Source: Phormidesmis sp.
Lineage (GTDB): Bacteria > Cyanobacteriota > Cyanobacteriia > Leptolyngbyales > Leptolyngbyaceae
DNA: 64,000 bases
Assembly: GCA_965248535.1 (NCBI GenBank)
Contig: CBDFJR010000005.1
Coordinates: 864,001 to 928,000 of the forward strand
Direction: 5' to 3'
The translations under genes and the position numbers were made by a program. Every line of letters begins with the position of its first letter. Within the stretch, counting starts at the first letter, position 1. The notes under the pieces were generated by a model. That model had not been told where the DNA came from and did no database searches. It saw only the letters and a program-made list of their open reading frames with translations. Of the stretch, positions 14,581 through 26,250 are shown piece by piece.

Positions 14581-14664
14581 TCATCTTCAACACGATAGTG
14601 TCAAAAGCAAGTTTCTATGCAGCCTTCATGGCTCTATCCTCCGATAGGAGAAAGCCCCAAGCTT

Positions 14665-14782
14665 TCCTGGTGTTTCTAGCGTCGTGGACCCACCCTGACC
14701 CATCTCGAACTCAGGTGTGAAACGTGACAGCGGCGAAGATAGTTGGAGGGTAGCCTCCCGCAAAAATAGCTCATCGCCAGGG
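14665..14782 (+). rRNA. rrf: 5S rRNA
   Basis: TCCTGGTG...CCATCTCGAACTCAG.TGTGAAAC...CGCCAGGG. Confidence 0.95.
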
Positions 14783-14795
14783 CAATTGTTAGAAT

Positions 14796-14828
14796 GAAGC
14801 CTCCTTTCTTAGCTGAAGGGAGGCTTTG
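14796..14828 (+). terminator. rrn terminator hairpin
   Basis: GAAGCCTCCTTTC-TTAGCT-GAAGGGAGGCTTT directly after 5S. Confidence 0.7.
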
Positions 14829-14939
14829 TGCTGGCTGATGCTCTCTTCTTACCCTGTGGGTAAATCTTGTAGACCCATTTCACTTAAGTTGTGGTCAGAT
14901 TGTGGTCAGAACATCTGATCTGCAATCTACAATCAAGGC

Positions 14940-17696
14940 ATGGAAATTCTTTCGGTCAGCCTCAAAAACTTTAAATCTCACAGCGATCGCCATTTCCCGT
15001 TTCAGCCGGGCACTAATGCCATCTGTGGTGAAAATGGTGCTGGGAAGACAAGCATTTTAGAAGCGATCGCGTGGGTGCTGTTTGATCACAAGGGCGACTA
15101 TAAAACTGACGATTTGATTCGCAACGGGGCAGCGAGTGCCCAAGTGCGGGTCGCCTTTATTTCCAGTCACGATCAGCGAACTTATGAGGTTCAGCGCTGC
15201 ACCCGATCGGGCTATACGCTTTTTGATCCTCAAATTGGTGAGAAGCTTGCCTATACTCGCATTCGGGAGGAAGTTTTGCCTTGGCTGAGACAGCATCTGG
15301 GCGTAGTAGCGGGGACCGATTTAGCCAAGTTATTTTCTAATACGATCGGTGTGCCTCAGGGCACGTTTACAGCCGACTTTTTGCAGACTTCTGAGAGACG
15401 CAAGCCAATTTTTGATGCGATTCTCAAAGTTGAGGAGTACCGTCAGGCAAACCAGCAAATGCTGACGTTAGAGAAATATGCGAAGTCTGAGTCAGAGAGT
15501 TTAGAACGCACGATCGAGCACTTTGATGAATCGCTTGGAGAATGGGCGATTATCACTGAAAAACAGCAAACGGTGAGTCAAGAAATTGCACAACTCAATG
15601 CTGAGTTAATGCAGTGGCAACAACGGTTTAACCAACTGCAAGCCGAGCAAGCTCAGCTCAGCACTCAAGCGGCTCACATGCAGCAGATCACGAGCGAGTT
15701 AGAGAAGTTAACGTCTCAGATTCAATCTAAAAAACTGGAGGTTGATCGACTCACCCTAGAGTTAGAACAAGCTGAACAATCCGTTGAGATTTGCACGATT
15801 CATCGCACGAGTTACCAGACTTTTTTGCAAACTGAGATAACGCTACAGGCGCTAGAAAAAGATCGTGAGATACAACAGTCTTTGATGCAGCAGCGTCAGG
15901 GATTGACAAAACAGGAAAGCGATCGCCAAACTAAACTCGCCGCGATTAATCAACAGTTAGAGCGGCGTTCACAGATAGAATCAGAAATTCAACGTCTCGA
16001 ACCCATTATTCAACGCCAAATAGGGTTGGAACAGCAGCAGCAAGCATTCAGTCAACAGATTCAAACTTGTCAAAGCTGGCGACAAACGATTAGTCGCGAT
16101 CAAAAACGCCTAACTCAACTCGAAATCCGTCGTAGACAGGTAGGACAGGAGATTGAGGCTTTGGAGGCGTTTGGTGCGATCGTGCAAAAAATTCCGCAAC
16201 TCGAAGAACAACAGCAGCGATATCAGCAACAACTTAGCCGCATTGATGCTGCGACACAGTTTGAAGCTGATTTACGGCAAATTGTCACTCAAGCTCAGAC
16301 TCGCGAAGGCATCTACACTCAGCACATTCAATCTGCGACAGCAACGCTTAAAGAGCTTCAGCAGGCGGCTCCGAAGTGGGCATCTCATTTGACTGATGTG
16401 CTAGCAACTCTTGGCAATGGAGCCAAGCTGCAAGGGCAACTGATGTCTGACCTGGAAAGCATTTTGGCAGATCTGTCTGAGCAGCTACTGGCTGATCGCT
16501 TAAAGCAACACCTTCAACAAGTTCAAACCCAACTCCAAACGGCCCGTCAACAGCAAGGTCAATTTCTCAGCCTCGACACTAAGCTAGATGCCGAAGAAAG
16601 TTTAGCCGCTGAGATTGAGGAAGTGCGATCGCAGATTCTCAAGAGTCAAACTCAACTCACCCACGAGCCAGACCTACAGCAGCAGTTGGTCCATCTCACT
16701 AGACAGCTTCAAGACTTGGATGACCCCCGTGGAAAGACGCGGCTGTTGCAGCAAGAGTTGCAGCAGCAGACCACTTTAGAACAGCAGCCCAAACTTCAGG
16801 GTGCTTTGTTAGAGACTCAGAACGCGATCGCCCAGGTCGATGCTCAACTCGCAGACTTTGCACATTTGGCTGAACAGATTCGTGAACAGCAAACTCTACG
16901 AGACCAACATCGCGCCACTTATCAGCTTTATCTTGAGCATCAGCAGTTGGCAAACAGCTATCGGGGTCGCAAACAGCAGTTAGAAGAGGCGATCGCCCAA
17001 CTGCACGGCCATCAGGAACGGAGCACAGACTTCGCAACTCAGCAGGAACAACTAGCAGAAACCTTCGATCCCGTGCGAGTGACGATCGTGCAAACCGCCT
17101 ATCAAGAAGCAAGAGACAAACAAACTCAACTCACCGCCCAACTGCCCGAAAAAGTCAAACGACTTGAAGACTATGACGGGCAAATATCAAAGCTACAAAT
17201 CATTCAAGAAAAGCGGGATCATGCCCAAACTGAGATAAAGCGCAAACAGAAAGTTGAGCGCTTTATTAAATTCGCACGCAGGGCCTACAAAGACGCGGGC
17301 CCCCGCATCACCGAGCGCTATGTGCAAACTATCTCCCGCGAGGCAGATAAGCTGTTTCGAGAATTGCTCAACCGTCCCAATGTAGCGCTAGAGTGGACGC
17401 GAGACTATGAGATTGTTGTGCAAGAAGGTGCCCATTCTCGTCGATTGATTAATCTCTCTGGTGGTGAGCAAATGTGTGCAGCGCTGGCAGTCCGTCTCGC
17501 GTTGCTCAAGGTGCTAGCAGACATCAATATTGCGTTCTTTGACGAGCCAACAACCAATATGGATAAAGCTAGACGAGAGAGTTTGGCAGAAGCGATCGCC
17601 AATATCAAAACGTTCCGTCAGCTATTTGTGATCAGCCACGATGACACCTTCGAGAAAGTTACTGAAAATGTCATCTTAGTCGAACGCGAAGCTTGA
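14940..17696 (+). CDS. SbcC/Rad50-like SMC-family ATPase
   Basis: GENGAGKTS Walker A, long Q-rich coiled coil, LSGGEQ signature, FFDEPT Walker B, ISHD. Confidence 0.88.
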   Translation: MEILSVSLKNFKSHSDRHFPFQPGTNAICGENGAGKTSILEAIAWVLFDHKGDYKTDDLIRNGAASAQVRVAFISSHDQRTYEVQRCTRSGYTLFDPQIGEKLAYTRIREEVLPWLRQHLGVVAGTDLAKLFSNTIGVPQGTFTADFLQTSERRKPIFDAILKVEEYRQANQQMLTLEKYAKSESESLERTIEHFDESLGEWAIITEKQQTVSQEIAQLNAELMQWQQRFNQLQAEQAQLSTQAAHMQQITSELEKLTSQIQSKKLEVDRLTLELEQAEQSVEICTIHRTSYQTFLQTEITLQALEKDREIQQSLMQQRQGLTKQESDRQTKLAAINQQLERRSQIESEIQRLEPIIQRQIGLEQQQQAFSQQIQTCQSWRQTISRDQKRLTQLEIRRRQVGQEIEALEAFGAIVQKIPQLEEQQQRYQQQLSRIDAATQFEADLRQIVTQAQTREGIYTQHIQSATATLKELQQAAPKWASHLTDVLATLGNGAKLQGQLMSDLESILADLSEQLLADRLKQHLQQVQTQLQTARQQQGQFLSLDTKLDAEESLAAEIEEVRSQILKSQTQLTHEPDLQQQLVHLTRQLQDLDDPRGKTRLLQQELQQQTTLEQQPKLQGALLETQNAIAQVDAQLADFAHLAEQIREQQTLRDQHRATYQLYLEHQQLANSYRGRKQQLEEAIAQLHGHQERSTDFATQQEQLAETFDPVRVTIVQTAYQEARDKQTQLTAQLPEKVKRLEDYDGQISKLQIIQEKRDHAQTEIKRKQKVERFIKFARRAYKDAGPRITERYVQTISREADKLFRELLNRPNVALEWTRDYEIVVQEGAHSRRLINLSGGEQMCAALAVRLALLKVLADINIAFFDEPTTNMDKARRESLAEAIANIKTFRQLFVISHDDTFEKVTENVILVEREA

Positions 17697-17713
17697 TAGA
17701 AATCAGGCTGAAT

Positions 17714-18289
17714 CTACTTCCAGGCTCGTTGCTGATAGGTTTGCTTGCAGACCTTAAGAACTCGTTCATCATTGGCACTCAATTTTGCCAAGGGCTGAAA
17801 CCCTTCTAGGTTAATCTGAGTGACCGCAGGATTTCCACGAGTTGCAACGGCCGCCCCTTTAGCTAGGGCGATCGCATAGGGGTTTTCTGATTTGTCGTAG
17901 CTATCGACCACGGTCAACGCCAGATGATCGGCTTGAAACGAGCCATAAGCGCAGTCAAAGGACGATCGAGGCATGTATAAAGCGCCGAGCACCCTGCCTT
18001 GACGCACTTCAAAAACAAAATAAGCCTGCCCAATATGATCAGGCTCCGCAGACTGTCCATAGAGATAGACCCCATCCGTCAAGCTAGAAGGTTTGGCAGC
18101 CGTGAGGACAGGTTTCTCTAGAGCGTCAACAAGCCGATTTTGAGGAGTAGCTTGAGCAGGGGATGCTGACTGAGCAGGTAACCCGATCGACATCAGCCCG
18201 GCCGTTAGCGACATGCCCGCCGCGAGCCGCGTCAGATTCTTTAGAGGCGCAATGGTCAAAAAAGGTAAAGAGAAAAATTGCGTCTTCAT
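17714..18289 (-). CDS. Exported cyanobacterial hypothetical protein
   Basis: Signal-like N-terminus; DGVYLYGQS..P..IG..YFVFE..G.V.GA.YMP.SSFDC segment. Confidence 0.65.
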   Translation of the reverse strand: MKTQFFSLPFLTIAPLKNLTRLAAGMSLTAGLMSIGLPAQSASPAQATPQNRLVDALEKPVLTAAKPSSLTDGVYLYGQSAEPDHIGQAYFVFEVRQGRVLGALYMPRSSFDCAYGSFQADHLALTVVDSYDKSENPYAIALAKGAAVATRGNPAVTQINLEGFQPLAKLSANDERVLKVCKQTYQQRAWK

Positions 18290-18866
18290 CGGGGTGCCCT
18301 CACATCAAACGATACAAATTGGTGGAAAACGATCCTGAAATCAAGAGACAGCTAGCGAATGATTAAGAGAGAACCGTTGAGGAATTTGCTGACTCAAAAC
18401 GAGTAACTAACCTTCTCAGCGCTACGCCTTATCAAGAGATAAAATCCAGTCTAGAGGCGCTAATGCAAGACTCATTGCGACGTGAGGTTTTGACCTAGCG
18501 AACGTTACCTGGTTTCTATCAAACCACTCTGTCAGGTTTGCATCACTGCTCTTGGTGCCAGTCAGCTTACTGACCACTGTTGGGGGCTTCAACGTCAGTT
18601 TGATAAATTGCTGAAAGTCTTATCAATACTTAACAGTGTCTTTGTCTGAAGTGACATTTGCTCTTAGGCTACCATACAGAAAGTGCCAAGCAAATCACCC
18701 ATTTTGAATAGTAATAAGACGTTAATATTGGCTCACCGATGGCTCGATTCTAGAAAGACCGAGCGGGCTATTACGCAGATTAAAAAAGAGGGGAAGAAGA
18801 ACGATCGCCCCTTTCCCCCTTCTTAAACAGGACTTGAATCCTGTGTCTCTTCACACGGGCGATCGC

Positions 18867-19850
18867 CTAACTAGCGATATACTCGCGCACGTTAGCCTTA
18901 CGGCGACGTAGATGATCCAACGCTTGCCGCTCTAACTGGCGCACCCGTTCACGGCTAAGATTAAGCCGTTCGCCCACTTTTGCCAGCGATAGCTCATAGC
19001 CGTCATCTAGCCCATAGCGCAGAGTCAAGACTTCTCGCTGCTGAGGCGTTAGCTCAGTCAATAGGGTGTTTAGGTCGTTTCGCAGAGACTCTTGAGTCAT
19101 ATAGTTCTCTGGAGACGGGCCATCGTCTTCGAGCAAGTCTTGTAACTCGGTGTCTTGATTGTCACCGACCCGCAAATCAAGCGAGACAGGCTGACGAGAC
19201 AAAATCAGAAACTCACGAATCTGCTCTGGCTCAAGCTCAAGCTCTTGGGCAATCTCAACGGCAGACGGGCTGCGACCGAGCTTTTGAGATAGCTCACGCT
19301 GAACTCGCTTGATCTTATTCAGCTTCTCAGTGATGTGAATCGGCAAGCGAATCGTGCGGGCTTGTTGGGCGATCGCCCGCGTGATCGCCTGACGAATCCA
19401 CCAGTAAGCGTAGGTCGAGAACTTGTAGCCGCGAGTTGGGTCAAACTTCTCAACGCCGCGCTCTAGCCCCAGTGAGCCTTCTTGAATCAGATCTAAAAAC
19501 TCAAGGTTGCGCTTTTGATATTTTTTGGCGATCGACACCACCAACCGCAAGTTCGCCTCGATCATCTTCTGCTTGGCCCGGCGACCGCGATGCAAAATGC
19601 TAGTCAACTCGGTTTCGCTGATCTGAACGTGATCGGCAAACTCTTGGGAGGTTGGCTCGTGATCTAGCTTCTTAGCAAGAGCGTCCTTTTTCTCTTGCAA
19701 CGTCATCATCTGCTGCACTTGCTTGCCTAAAACAATCTCTTGTTCATGGGTCAGCATGGGCACGCGACCAATTTCGTGCAAGTAAGTCCGCACCATATCT
19801 GCCGAGAAGGGGGACTTAGTAGTCTTTTCTTTAGAGTTGGCAGTAGCCAT
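18867..19850 (-). CDS. Group 2 RpoD-family sigma factor (SigB-like)
   Basis: [58 protein letters not shown]. Confidence 0.92.
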   Translation of the reverse strand: MATANSKEKTTKSPFSADMVRTYLHEIGRVPMLTHEQEIVLGKQVQQMMTLQEKKDALAKKLDHEPTSQEFADHVQISETELTSILHRGRRAKQKMIEANLRLVVSIAKKYQKRNLEFLDLIQEGSLGLERGVEKFDPTRGYKFSTYAYWWIRQAITRAIAQQARTIRLPIHITEKLNKIKRVQRELSQKLGRSPSAVEIAQELELEPEQIREFLILSRQPVSLDLRVGDNQDTELQDLLEDDGPSPENYMTQESLRNDLNTLLTELTPQQREVLTLRYGLDDGYELSLAKVGERLNLSRERVRQLERQALDHLRRRKANVREYIAS

Positions 19851-20690
19851 GGTTGCAGTGAACTCCGTGAATAAAAATCTGTGGGGACGTAGAAATTTGA
19901 AAGAGGCACTGGCTTCCCTCTGAAGGTCAGCCAGGGTATAAAAAACTTATCTCTCGGTATGTGGATGCCGAAGCCTTGAGAGAGCGAATGAAGAACGGCA
20001 CTCAATCAATGGGAAATCAATGAGAACTGGGAATGGGGAAGTAGCAGGTCAGCGATCGAACCGAAGAGCATAGGGACTGCTGTCACCGATCTAGGGAAGG
20101 CGGCTTATCTTGAAGTCAGTCCGAGTTCGATTTCTATATATTATGACAAATAATGTCTGAAGTAAAGGGAAAATAGTCCTCCAATTGGATGGTTTTTGGG
20201 AGATTTAGGTCATGAGATTTTCAAGATCGGCTTCACGTCAAGGAAGGGTGAAATTGAACTGAGAGTAAACCAGGCTCTAGGGTCAGGGTCAAACCGTTAC
20301 TTCACTTATAATCTCTCATTAACTATAGATTTGATAGTGTAATAGATGGAGGATAACCGAACCTGGTCAAGTGGTGAAGTGAGACAACCTGAACAAATTA
20401 TGAAAAAATCATGAAATGACATTAAAAGCTTGTCTGTCATGAGTTGCACTGATTTTATTAGGGCACGAAAGGTATTAGGGCTGATTTGAATGGGTTCTCC
20501 TATGCAAATCGCCTTAGTGAGAATACAAGAAAGATATGACGGGGGTGTGTCGCTCAGTTAGAGAATGAATTACTACAGTCCTTTTGGGACAAATAAGGCT
20601 GAAAATCAATGAATGGTTGGGCAACGCAGACGCGGCTGAGTTGGTGATTGAATAGAACCTAAGAGTTAAGATCAGGACTGATCGGCGATC

Positions 20691-22422
20691 TTAAAACCCT
20701 AAATCAGCCTTTGCTACTTCTGCTGCTTTAAAGACCTGCTCGTTGGGCAATTCTTCCCAGGGAATGTCGCCGATTTCGGTGTAGAACGCTTCATCATAGG
20801 GGCGCGTGCGGATCACGACGGGCATTGGGACAGCATGGCCGAGGATGAGAGCTTGTTGCTTAGAGTCGAGTTTTGAGAGCACCGATCGTAGACTCTGAGC
20901 GCCTGACACCCCGGTAAAAATCGCGTCGATGTCTTTCTCATCATTCAATAGAGCGGTGATGCGAGTCCCGATTTGAGACATGACTTCGTTATCGATGCCA
21001 GACGGACGTTGGTCTACTACGAGCAGCGTGACGAAAGTATTTTCGCATCTCACGGGCGATCGTGCCAAAAATCGTCTGTCCAACGGTGGCAGGGTCGAGA
21101 AAGCGGTGGGCTTCTTCGATCGTGATCACGAGTTGACGAGGACGATCGCTGACATTTTTAGTCTGCAAAAACTTCTCAGCTTTGCGAACATAAGCCTGGT
21201 GAATGCGCCGCGCAATGATGTTGGTTGCCAACATATAAGACAGCAAATTTGACTGCGAGCCAAATTCTACGACGACGTGTTTGCCAGTTTCTAAGCACTC
21301 TAAAACTTGATCGACGTAGTTGTGAGGGCAACTGTTCCGAATGTATTTCAGATCATCAAGTCGATTTAGCTTGCGTTGCAGAGCCATGATCGATGATTTG
21401 CTGCCCATCTTGGTTTCACAAAATTCTTGAATCTCGCCGTTGCTCATGGTCATGAGGCGATTGATCCAGGCTTTGCCAAACTCGTTGCGAAGAATGACCG
21501 CGTTTTCAAGGCTGGCTTCTGAGAGATTAAGCTCTCCGCGCACCAGCATTAGATCCTCGACTTCAAGCTGGTCATAGCCGATGTAGAGTTCTTGAGCGTC
21601 GCGCACGCCTCTGCGCTTGGTCGAGTCGGGGTCGAGAGTGAAGATTTGCACCTGTCCGGGAAAGAGTTGCCGCAGCCCTTTAACGGTGCTGAAGTGTTTG
21701 CCTTCGCGGGTGGCCTCCCAGCCATATTCAGAGTGCATATCAAAGATCAAATTGACGGCTGCTTGTTTGCGAATGATGCCCGACAGCAGCAATCGTGTCA
21801 GAAACGATTTCCCGGTGCCTGACTTGCCGAATACGCCGTTACTGCGTTCGACAAAGCGATCGAGGTCGATGCAAATCGGCACTTCCATATCGATCGGTTG
21901 TCCGATCGCAAAGTTGCGTCGCGTGGGATCATCCTCCCAGCCGAAGACAGCCCGAAAGTCACGATCGCTGGCATCAAACACCTGACTAAAGTGACTGGGA
22001 ATGGTTTTAACGGGCAGCAACTCAATATTGGCGCTGCTGTTTGGCTCGTAAGATGCGGCGGCGGTTTTGGATTTGGATTTCTTTTTTGAAAGGTTGTTGG
22101 CGGCTTGGGCCTCGCTCATCGCCGCTTCGGGCGTAAACATCAGCATGGGCGTGAGGGCGATCGTGCCATAGGTGCCGCTGCCTGCGAGCACTTCTTGCAT
22201 GAAGGTGTTGCTCGGATCAGGAGGATTGGCCACGATGCGGGGGCTGCTGGTGCCGAGAGACACGTCGGTGAGCATACAGAAAAAGCGCGATCGCACACCT
22301 TGGACGACTAAAAATTTGCCGACGCGCATCTCTTCAACTGAGACATCGGGGTGCAGGCGCACTTCTAACCCTTGGCTTAATGAACCTTGGGTTACGGAAC
22401 CTAACGGTTTTTCTGGATTCAT
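20691..22422 (-). pseudogene. HerA-like ATPase (HAS-barrel + DUF87), split by a 1-nt insertion at ~21035
   Basis: GKSGTGKS, FDMHSEYG, IEEAHRF, AREMRKY in one frame and FVTLLVVDQRPS in the next; removing one T from TACTTTCGTC restores REMRKYFVTLLVVDQRPS. Confidence 0.8.
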
Positions 22423-22485
22423 GACGAGCCTCGATCGACCTTCTGGTTTATCGTACCGCGATTTTAGAAGGTCAATACAAGCGTT

Positions 22486-23172
22486 CTATATTTTGAGAAT
22501 GTAAACGATCGCGAAACAAAAGGGAATCAACTCTCCTCTTTGATTTTTGCTTTTGAAAAGTCGCACCATTTCGTCTTCTGTTAGGTCTTCAATCATGAGA
22601 ATGGCGGTGTCGATCGCAGCTTTTCGGAGGTTTTCGAGTTTTTTATTTTTAGTGCCGAGATTGAGTATTGCAATGGTTGCTGAAGCATCTCCCGAGTGGT
22701 CAAAATCCTCTTTTGCCCAGATTGCTCCACTAGAAGCGTCATATCTGAAGAATGCCTCACAGTCAAACTGTAGGGGTGAGATTGGAAGTGGGCGATCGCC
22801 TCGTTTAATTCCGCAGCGATCTGAACAAGAAAGTAGATTCTCAAATCTTTCTTCTGCCCATTCTTTCTGATATTTTTCTTTGCGCCACTGTTCAGAAATA
22901 CCACAAGAAGCTAGAAGATATTGGTAGTTGATTGTCTCTGATGGATCGGTGAAAGAACTCTGAGACGGAAGATGTTCGATATGGCTATTTTCTAACCTGA
23001 CCTCTACTCCGCAATAGCAGCAAATGTAACCTTGATCAGCCAACAGCGCGTTATGTAAATCTGTTCTCTCTGAACCTCTTAAGTCACTATAACTAGCTGA
23101 CCAGTTTTCGTCGCCTAATGCTTTCCATGCTGTAAGGCTAGACGGTTCTTGACCCTTTTGAATATACTTCAT
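22486..23172 (-). CDS. HNH endonuclease, TIGR02646/PtuB-like
   Basis: MKYIQKGQEP, DQGYICCYC, HIEH, YLLASC, CG.KRG; overlaps the ATPase stop by 4 nt. Confidence 0.8.
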   Translation of the reverse strand: MKYIQKGQEPSSLTAWKALGDENWSASYSDLRGSERTDLHNALLADQGYICCYCGVEVRLENSHIEHLPSQSSFTDPSETINYQYLLASCGISEQWRKEKYQKEWAEERFENLLSCSDRCGIKRGDRPLPISPLQFDCEAFFRYDASSGAIWAKEDFDHSGDASATIAILNLGTKNKKLENLRKAAIDTAILMIEDLTEDEMVRLFKSKNQRGELIPFCFAIVYILKI

Positions 23173-24491
23173 CGACCAATGACTTCATGACGACGGATTA
23201 AAATTTCAGCTTTGACAAATTCTGATTCATCATCGCCGATTTTCTCTGCCATTTCTTTTTTGAGTGCTCTTGCTGCTTCAAGATCGCCGTCTTCAATCAA
23301 TCGAAAAAGTTTTCTTAGCTGTTCTTTAATTTCGATCGATCGACTATCTGCTTCCATTTCATCTTCCAGAATTTCGGCGCTATCTCTTCCGTAGGTTTGT
23401 AGAGATTCAGCAATGATTCCATCAGAAGTTGACTTGAGCCGATAAACTTTACCTTTGACTTCTCCTAAAACTTGAGGCGAATGAGTGGTAACGATAAATT
23501 GACAGTTTGGAAAGGTTCGGGTGAGGGCAGGAACGATATCACGCTGCCACTTTGGATGAAGATGTAACTCGATTTCATCAATCAGGACAACGCCTTCGCC
23601 TTGAAGAGGATCAGGTAGACCGGGGTTAGCGATCGCCAGTCTTCGCGCCAAATCTCCCACCATCGCTAATAGACATTTCTCACCGTCTGAAAGCTGATTG
23701 ATAATCAGTTCTTGACCCTGTTTTTGAACGGTCATGCGGAGGGGCGATCGCCGCACTCGCAGATTTGAAAACCCAGGAAGAAACTCAGTAATTGCTTTTC
23801 GGATCGCTTCTAACTTACGATCAAGATAGACAAAATCATCTCGTCTTTCTTCATTTTCTAGATCTTCTAAAACCCTGAACCATTTAAAGAACTGCTGAAA
23901 TGTAACCTCTTTCTCTCCTAAAGCTTGATTGTAGGCACGTAGCTGGAAGATGGAGTTAAAGCGGTCTAAATCTGCTTGAAAGAAGAATTCATCTGAAGGT
24001 TCCAAATCAACGTTAAGAGTTGTTCTATTCACAGAATAGTGAACCACTAAAGGTATGTTACCTTCCGGACTGTCTTGCCATTTAGTTATTAACTCTTTAG
24101 TAGTTCGTTTCAAACCTTCATCATAAATGTATTCAGCTTGAACGTGCATCATTTTTCTAATTGACCAACTTATATTTTCAGAGTTGAAGTCAATAAGAAT
24201 ATTTAAATCTGCTTGACCTCGGTTATTGTTAATGTCTTGATCGCTTAATGAAGAGTAAAGAGGAGATTGTTGTTTTCTTGCATTAAATATACGAGAGATA
24301 GAATCAGAATCGTCATAGTTATCTCCTAGAACTAGCGAAGCAAAGAGGGAAAATAAAATACCAAGGCAATCCAGGAGCGTAGATTTACCAGCGCCATTGT
24401 TGCCGATCAGCACAGTGATATTTGAATCGAAATCTAGCGTCAGATTATCGATGCCCCGAAATGATTGCACTATCAGACGTTTAACTTTCAT
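23169..24491 (-). CDS. ABC-type/AAA ATPase, PtuA-like
   Basis: GNNGAGKST, QLSDGEK, VLIDEIELHLHPKWQ, QFIVTTHSPQV. Confidence 0.85.
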   Translation of the reverse strand: MKVKRLIVQSFRGIDNLTLDFDSNITVLIGNNGAGKSTLLDCLGILFSLFASLVLGDNYDDSDSISRIFNARKQQSPLYSSLSDQDINNNRGQADLNILIDFNSENISWSIRKMMHVQAEYIYDEGLKRTTKELITKWQDSPEGNIPLVVHYSVNRTTLNVDLEPSDEFFFQADLDRFNSIFQLRAYNQALGEKEVTFQQFFKWFRVLEDLENEERRDDFVYLDRKLEAIRKAITEFLPGFSNLRVRRSPLRMTVQKQGQELIINQLSDGEKCLLAMVGDLARRLAIANPGLPDPLQGEGVVLIDEIELHLHPKWQRDIVPALTRTFPNCQFIVTTHSPQVLGEVKGKVYRLKSTSDGIIAESLQTYGRDSAEILEDEMEADSRSIEIKEQLRKLFRLIEDGDLEAARALKKEMAEKIGDDESEFVKAEILIRRHEVIGR

Positions 24492-24541
24492 GCTTCTCCA
24501 TCAGTGGGACAGGCAAGACACCCATCCCACAGAATAACGGA

Positions 24542-25336
24542 TTAATCGATGTCGATCGAGGTCGGTGAAGAACCCGACGCAGCCGACGCAAACGGCGAAG
24601 ACTTACGGAAGTCAGCATAGAGCTTGTCGCGCCAGTTAAAGAATGGTGCAAACGTGCCAATATCTGCGATGCCAGAAACGCCCTGACCTTTGAGCGACTC
24701 AGGAATGTTCAAATAGGGGCCCGTGGGGAATTTGACATACATCGTCAACCCCGCCACAGCAAAATCTGCCAGCGTGGGTGTGTCTCCTAGCAGATAAGGT
24801 TGCTCCATCAAAATGAAACAGAGGGCGGTTAAGTCACGCTTGAGGGCTGCTTGGGCATCTTTGACAGCTTCGGGGCCCATGCCCACGCCCATGCCCAAAA
24901 AGCCAAATAGCTCGTGAGGAATGGCACCCACCAGATTTTTAAACACATCGGGAACTGAGTTGGGCAACAATGCCGTTCTAAAGGCTTGATTAGAGCCGAT
25001 CGTGCCAATTAACCCTTTGCGCGCATTCAGCCCGATCGATTCATCTGCCCATTGTTCCATCAATAAACACAGACCTTTTTGCTTGGGATCAGACGGAATG
25101 AGCGGCTTATCGGGATATTTCTTGTCTAGATATTCAGCGATCGCGGTTGAGTCTGCAATGATCTCGCTGCCATCTTTGAGGACAGGCACCTGTCGTTGCC
25201 CAGAGAGTTGATAAAGCTCAATTTGTCCAACGCCGGGAGTCACCTCAATCTTGCGATAGTCTAAGCCCTTATAGTCTAAAATCAGACGAATTTTCTCAGC
25301 ATAGTGAGACATCTCAAATTGATATAGCTCCAGCAT
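24542..25336 (-). CDS. Glutathione S-transferase family protein
   Basis: LYQFEMSHYAEKIRL, QVPVL, DSTAIAEYL, TLADFAV. Confidence 0.88.
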   Translation of the reverse strand: MLELYQFEMSHYAEKIRLILDYKGLDYRKIEVTPGVGQIELYQLSGQRQVPVLKDGSEIIADSTAIAEYLDKKYPDKPLIPSDPKQKGLCLLMEQWADESIGLNARKGLIGTIGSNQAFRTALLPNSVPDVFKNLVGAIPHELFGFLGMGVGMGPEAVKDAQAALKRDLTALCFILMEQPYLLGDTPTLADFAVAGLTMYVKFPTGPYLNIPESLKGQGVSGIADIGTFAPFFNWRDKLYADFRKSSPFASAASGSSPTSIDID

Positions 25337-25605
25337 AGTCAGCCTCCAGTTTAGGGTTAAGAAAGTCGCGCCGATTTGTATCTGATCAACGCTTCTAGAG
25401 CAATCTCAGTATGGTTGCAAAAATCATACTCTATCGTTAAAAAGCCCATTGCGTATCTAGCGTGGGAGCGAATTTCAAAATTTACACGTTTTTTAAGGAA
25501 GCGGTTATCGGGCGGCGTTTTAGCGCTCTCGATCAGGTTAATAAGTCCGATTCTAACTACTATAGAGTTCAAACTGCTCACACTCCACCCAACCTGCTCA
25601 ACTGT

Positions 25606-26250
25606 ATGTGGCAATCGCTGATTTCTTATACCTTGGGGACATTAATCGCCCTGTTTCCGATCGCGAACCCGATCGGGGCCGTGCCGATTTTTTATAGCTT
25701 TACGGCCGATGACACGCCCCGCTATCGCCTCAAACAAGCTCGTAAAACAGCATTCAATGTGGTTGGAGTGCTGGTGACATTTTTGCTGGTAGGCAAACTG
25801 GTGCTCGGCTTTTTTGGAATTTCGCTAGGCGTGCTGCGAATTGCGGGTGGGCTGATTGTCGGGCACACCGCTTGGGAAATGGTCACAGCACGGCGGCGGC
25901 TGACAACTGACGAACACCAAGCAGCCGTTGATCAAGAAGATATCTCGTTTACGCCGATGGCGGTGCCGATGATTGGCGGGCCGGGCGCGATCGGGGTCGT
26001 GATCGGTCAAGCAACTCAGGCAACCGCCTGGATCGATTATCTAGGCTGTGTGCTGGGAATTGGGTTGCTAGGTGGATTGATCTACCTGTTTCTGAGATTG
26101 GGTGAACCTTTGATTGAGAAGATGGGGAAGACAGGCATGGGAGCGCTGAATCGAATTTTGGGCTTTTTGATTTTGGCGATCGCCGTTCAACTCGTCGCCA
26201 ATGGTCTATTGGAATTGATCAAAACAGCCGCGCCTCATTTGTTGAGATAA
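25606..26250 (+). CDS. MarC-family membrane protein
   Basis: IANPIGAVP, FFGIS....RIAGG, PMAVPMIGGPGAI, RILGFLILAIAVQ; start at ATG 25606. Confidence 0.88.
   Translation: MWQSLISYTLGTLIALFPIANPIGAVPIFYSFTADDTPRYRLKQARKTAFNVVGVLVTFLLVGKLVLGFFGISLGVLRIAGGLIVGHTAWEMVTARRRLTTDEHQAAVDQEDISFTPMAVPMIGGPGAIGVVIGQATQATAWIDYLGCVLGIGLLGGLIYLFLRLGEPLIEKMGKTGMGALNRILGFLILAIAVQLVANGLLELIKTAAPHLLR

Noticed and set aside
18290..20690. ncRNAs in the long intergenic regions flanking the sigma factor gene
   Set aside because: Only a terminator-like hairpin near 18786-18823; no recognisable RNA family.
22486..24491. Retron system
   Set aside because: No reverse transcriptase or msr/msd recognisable in the window.
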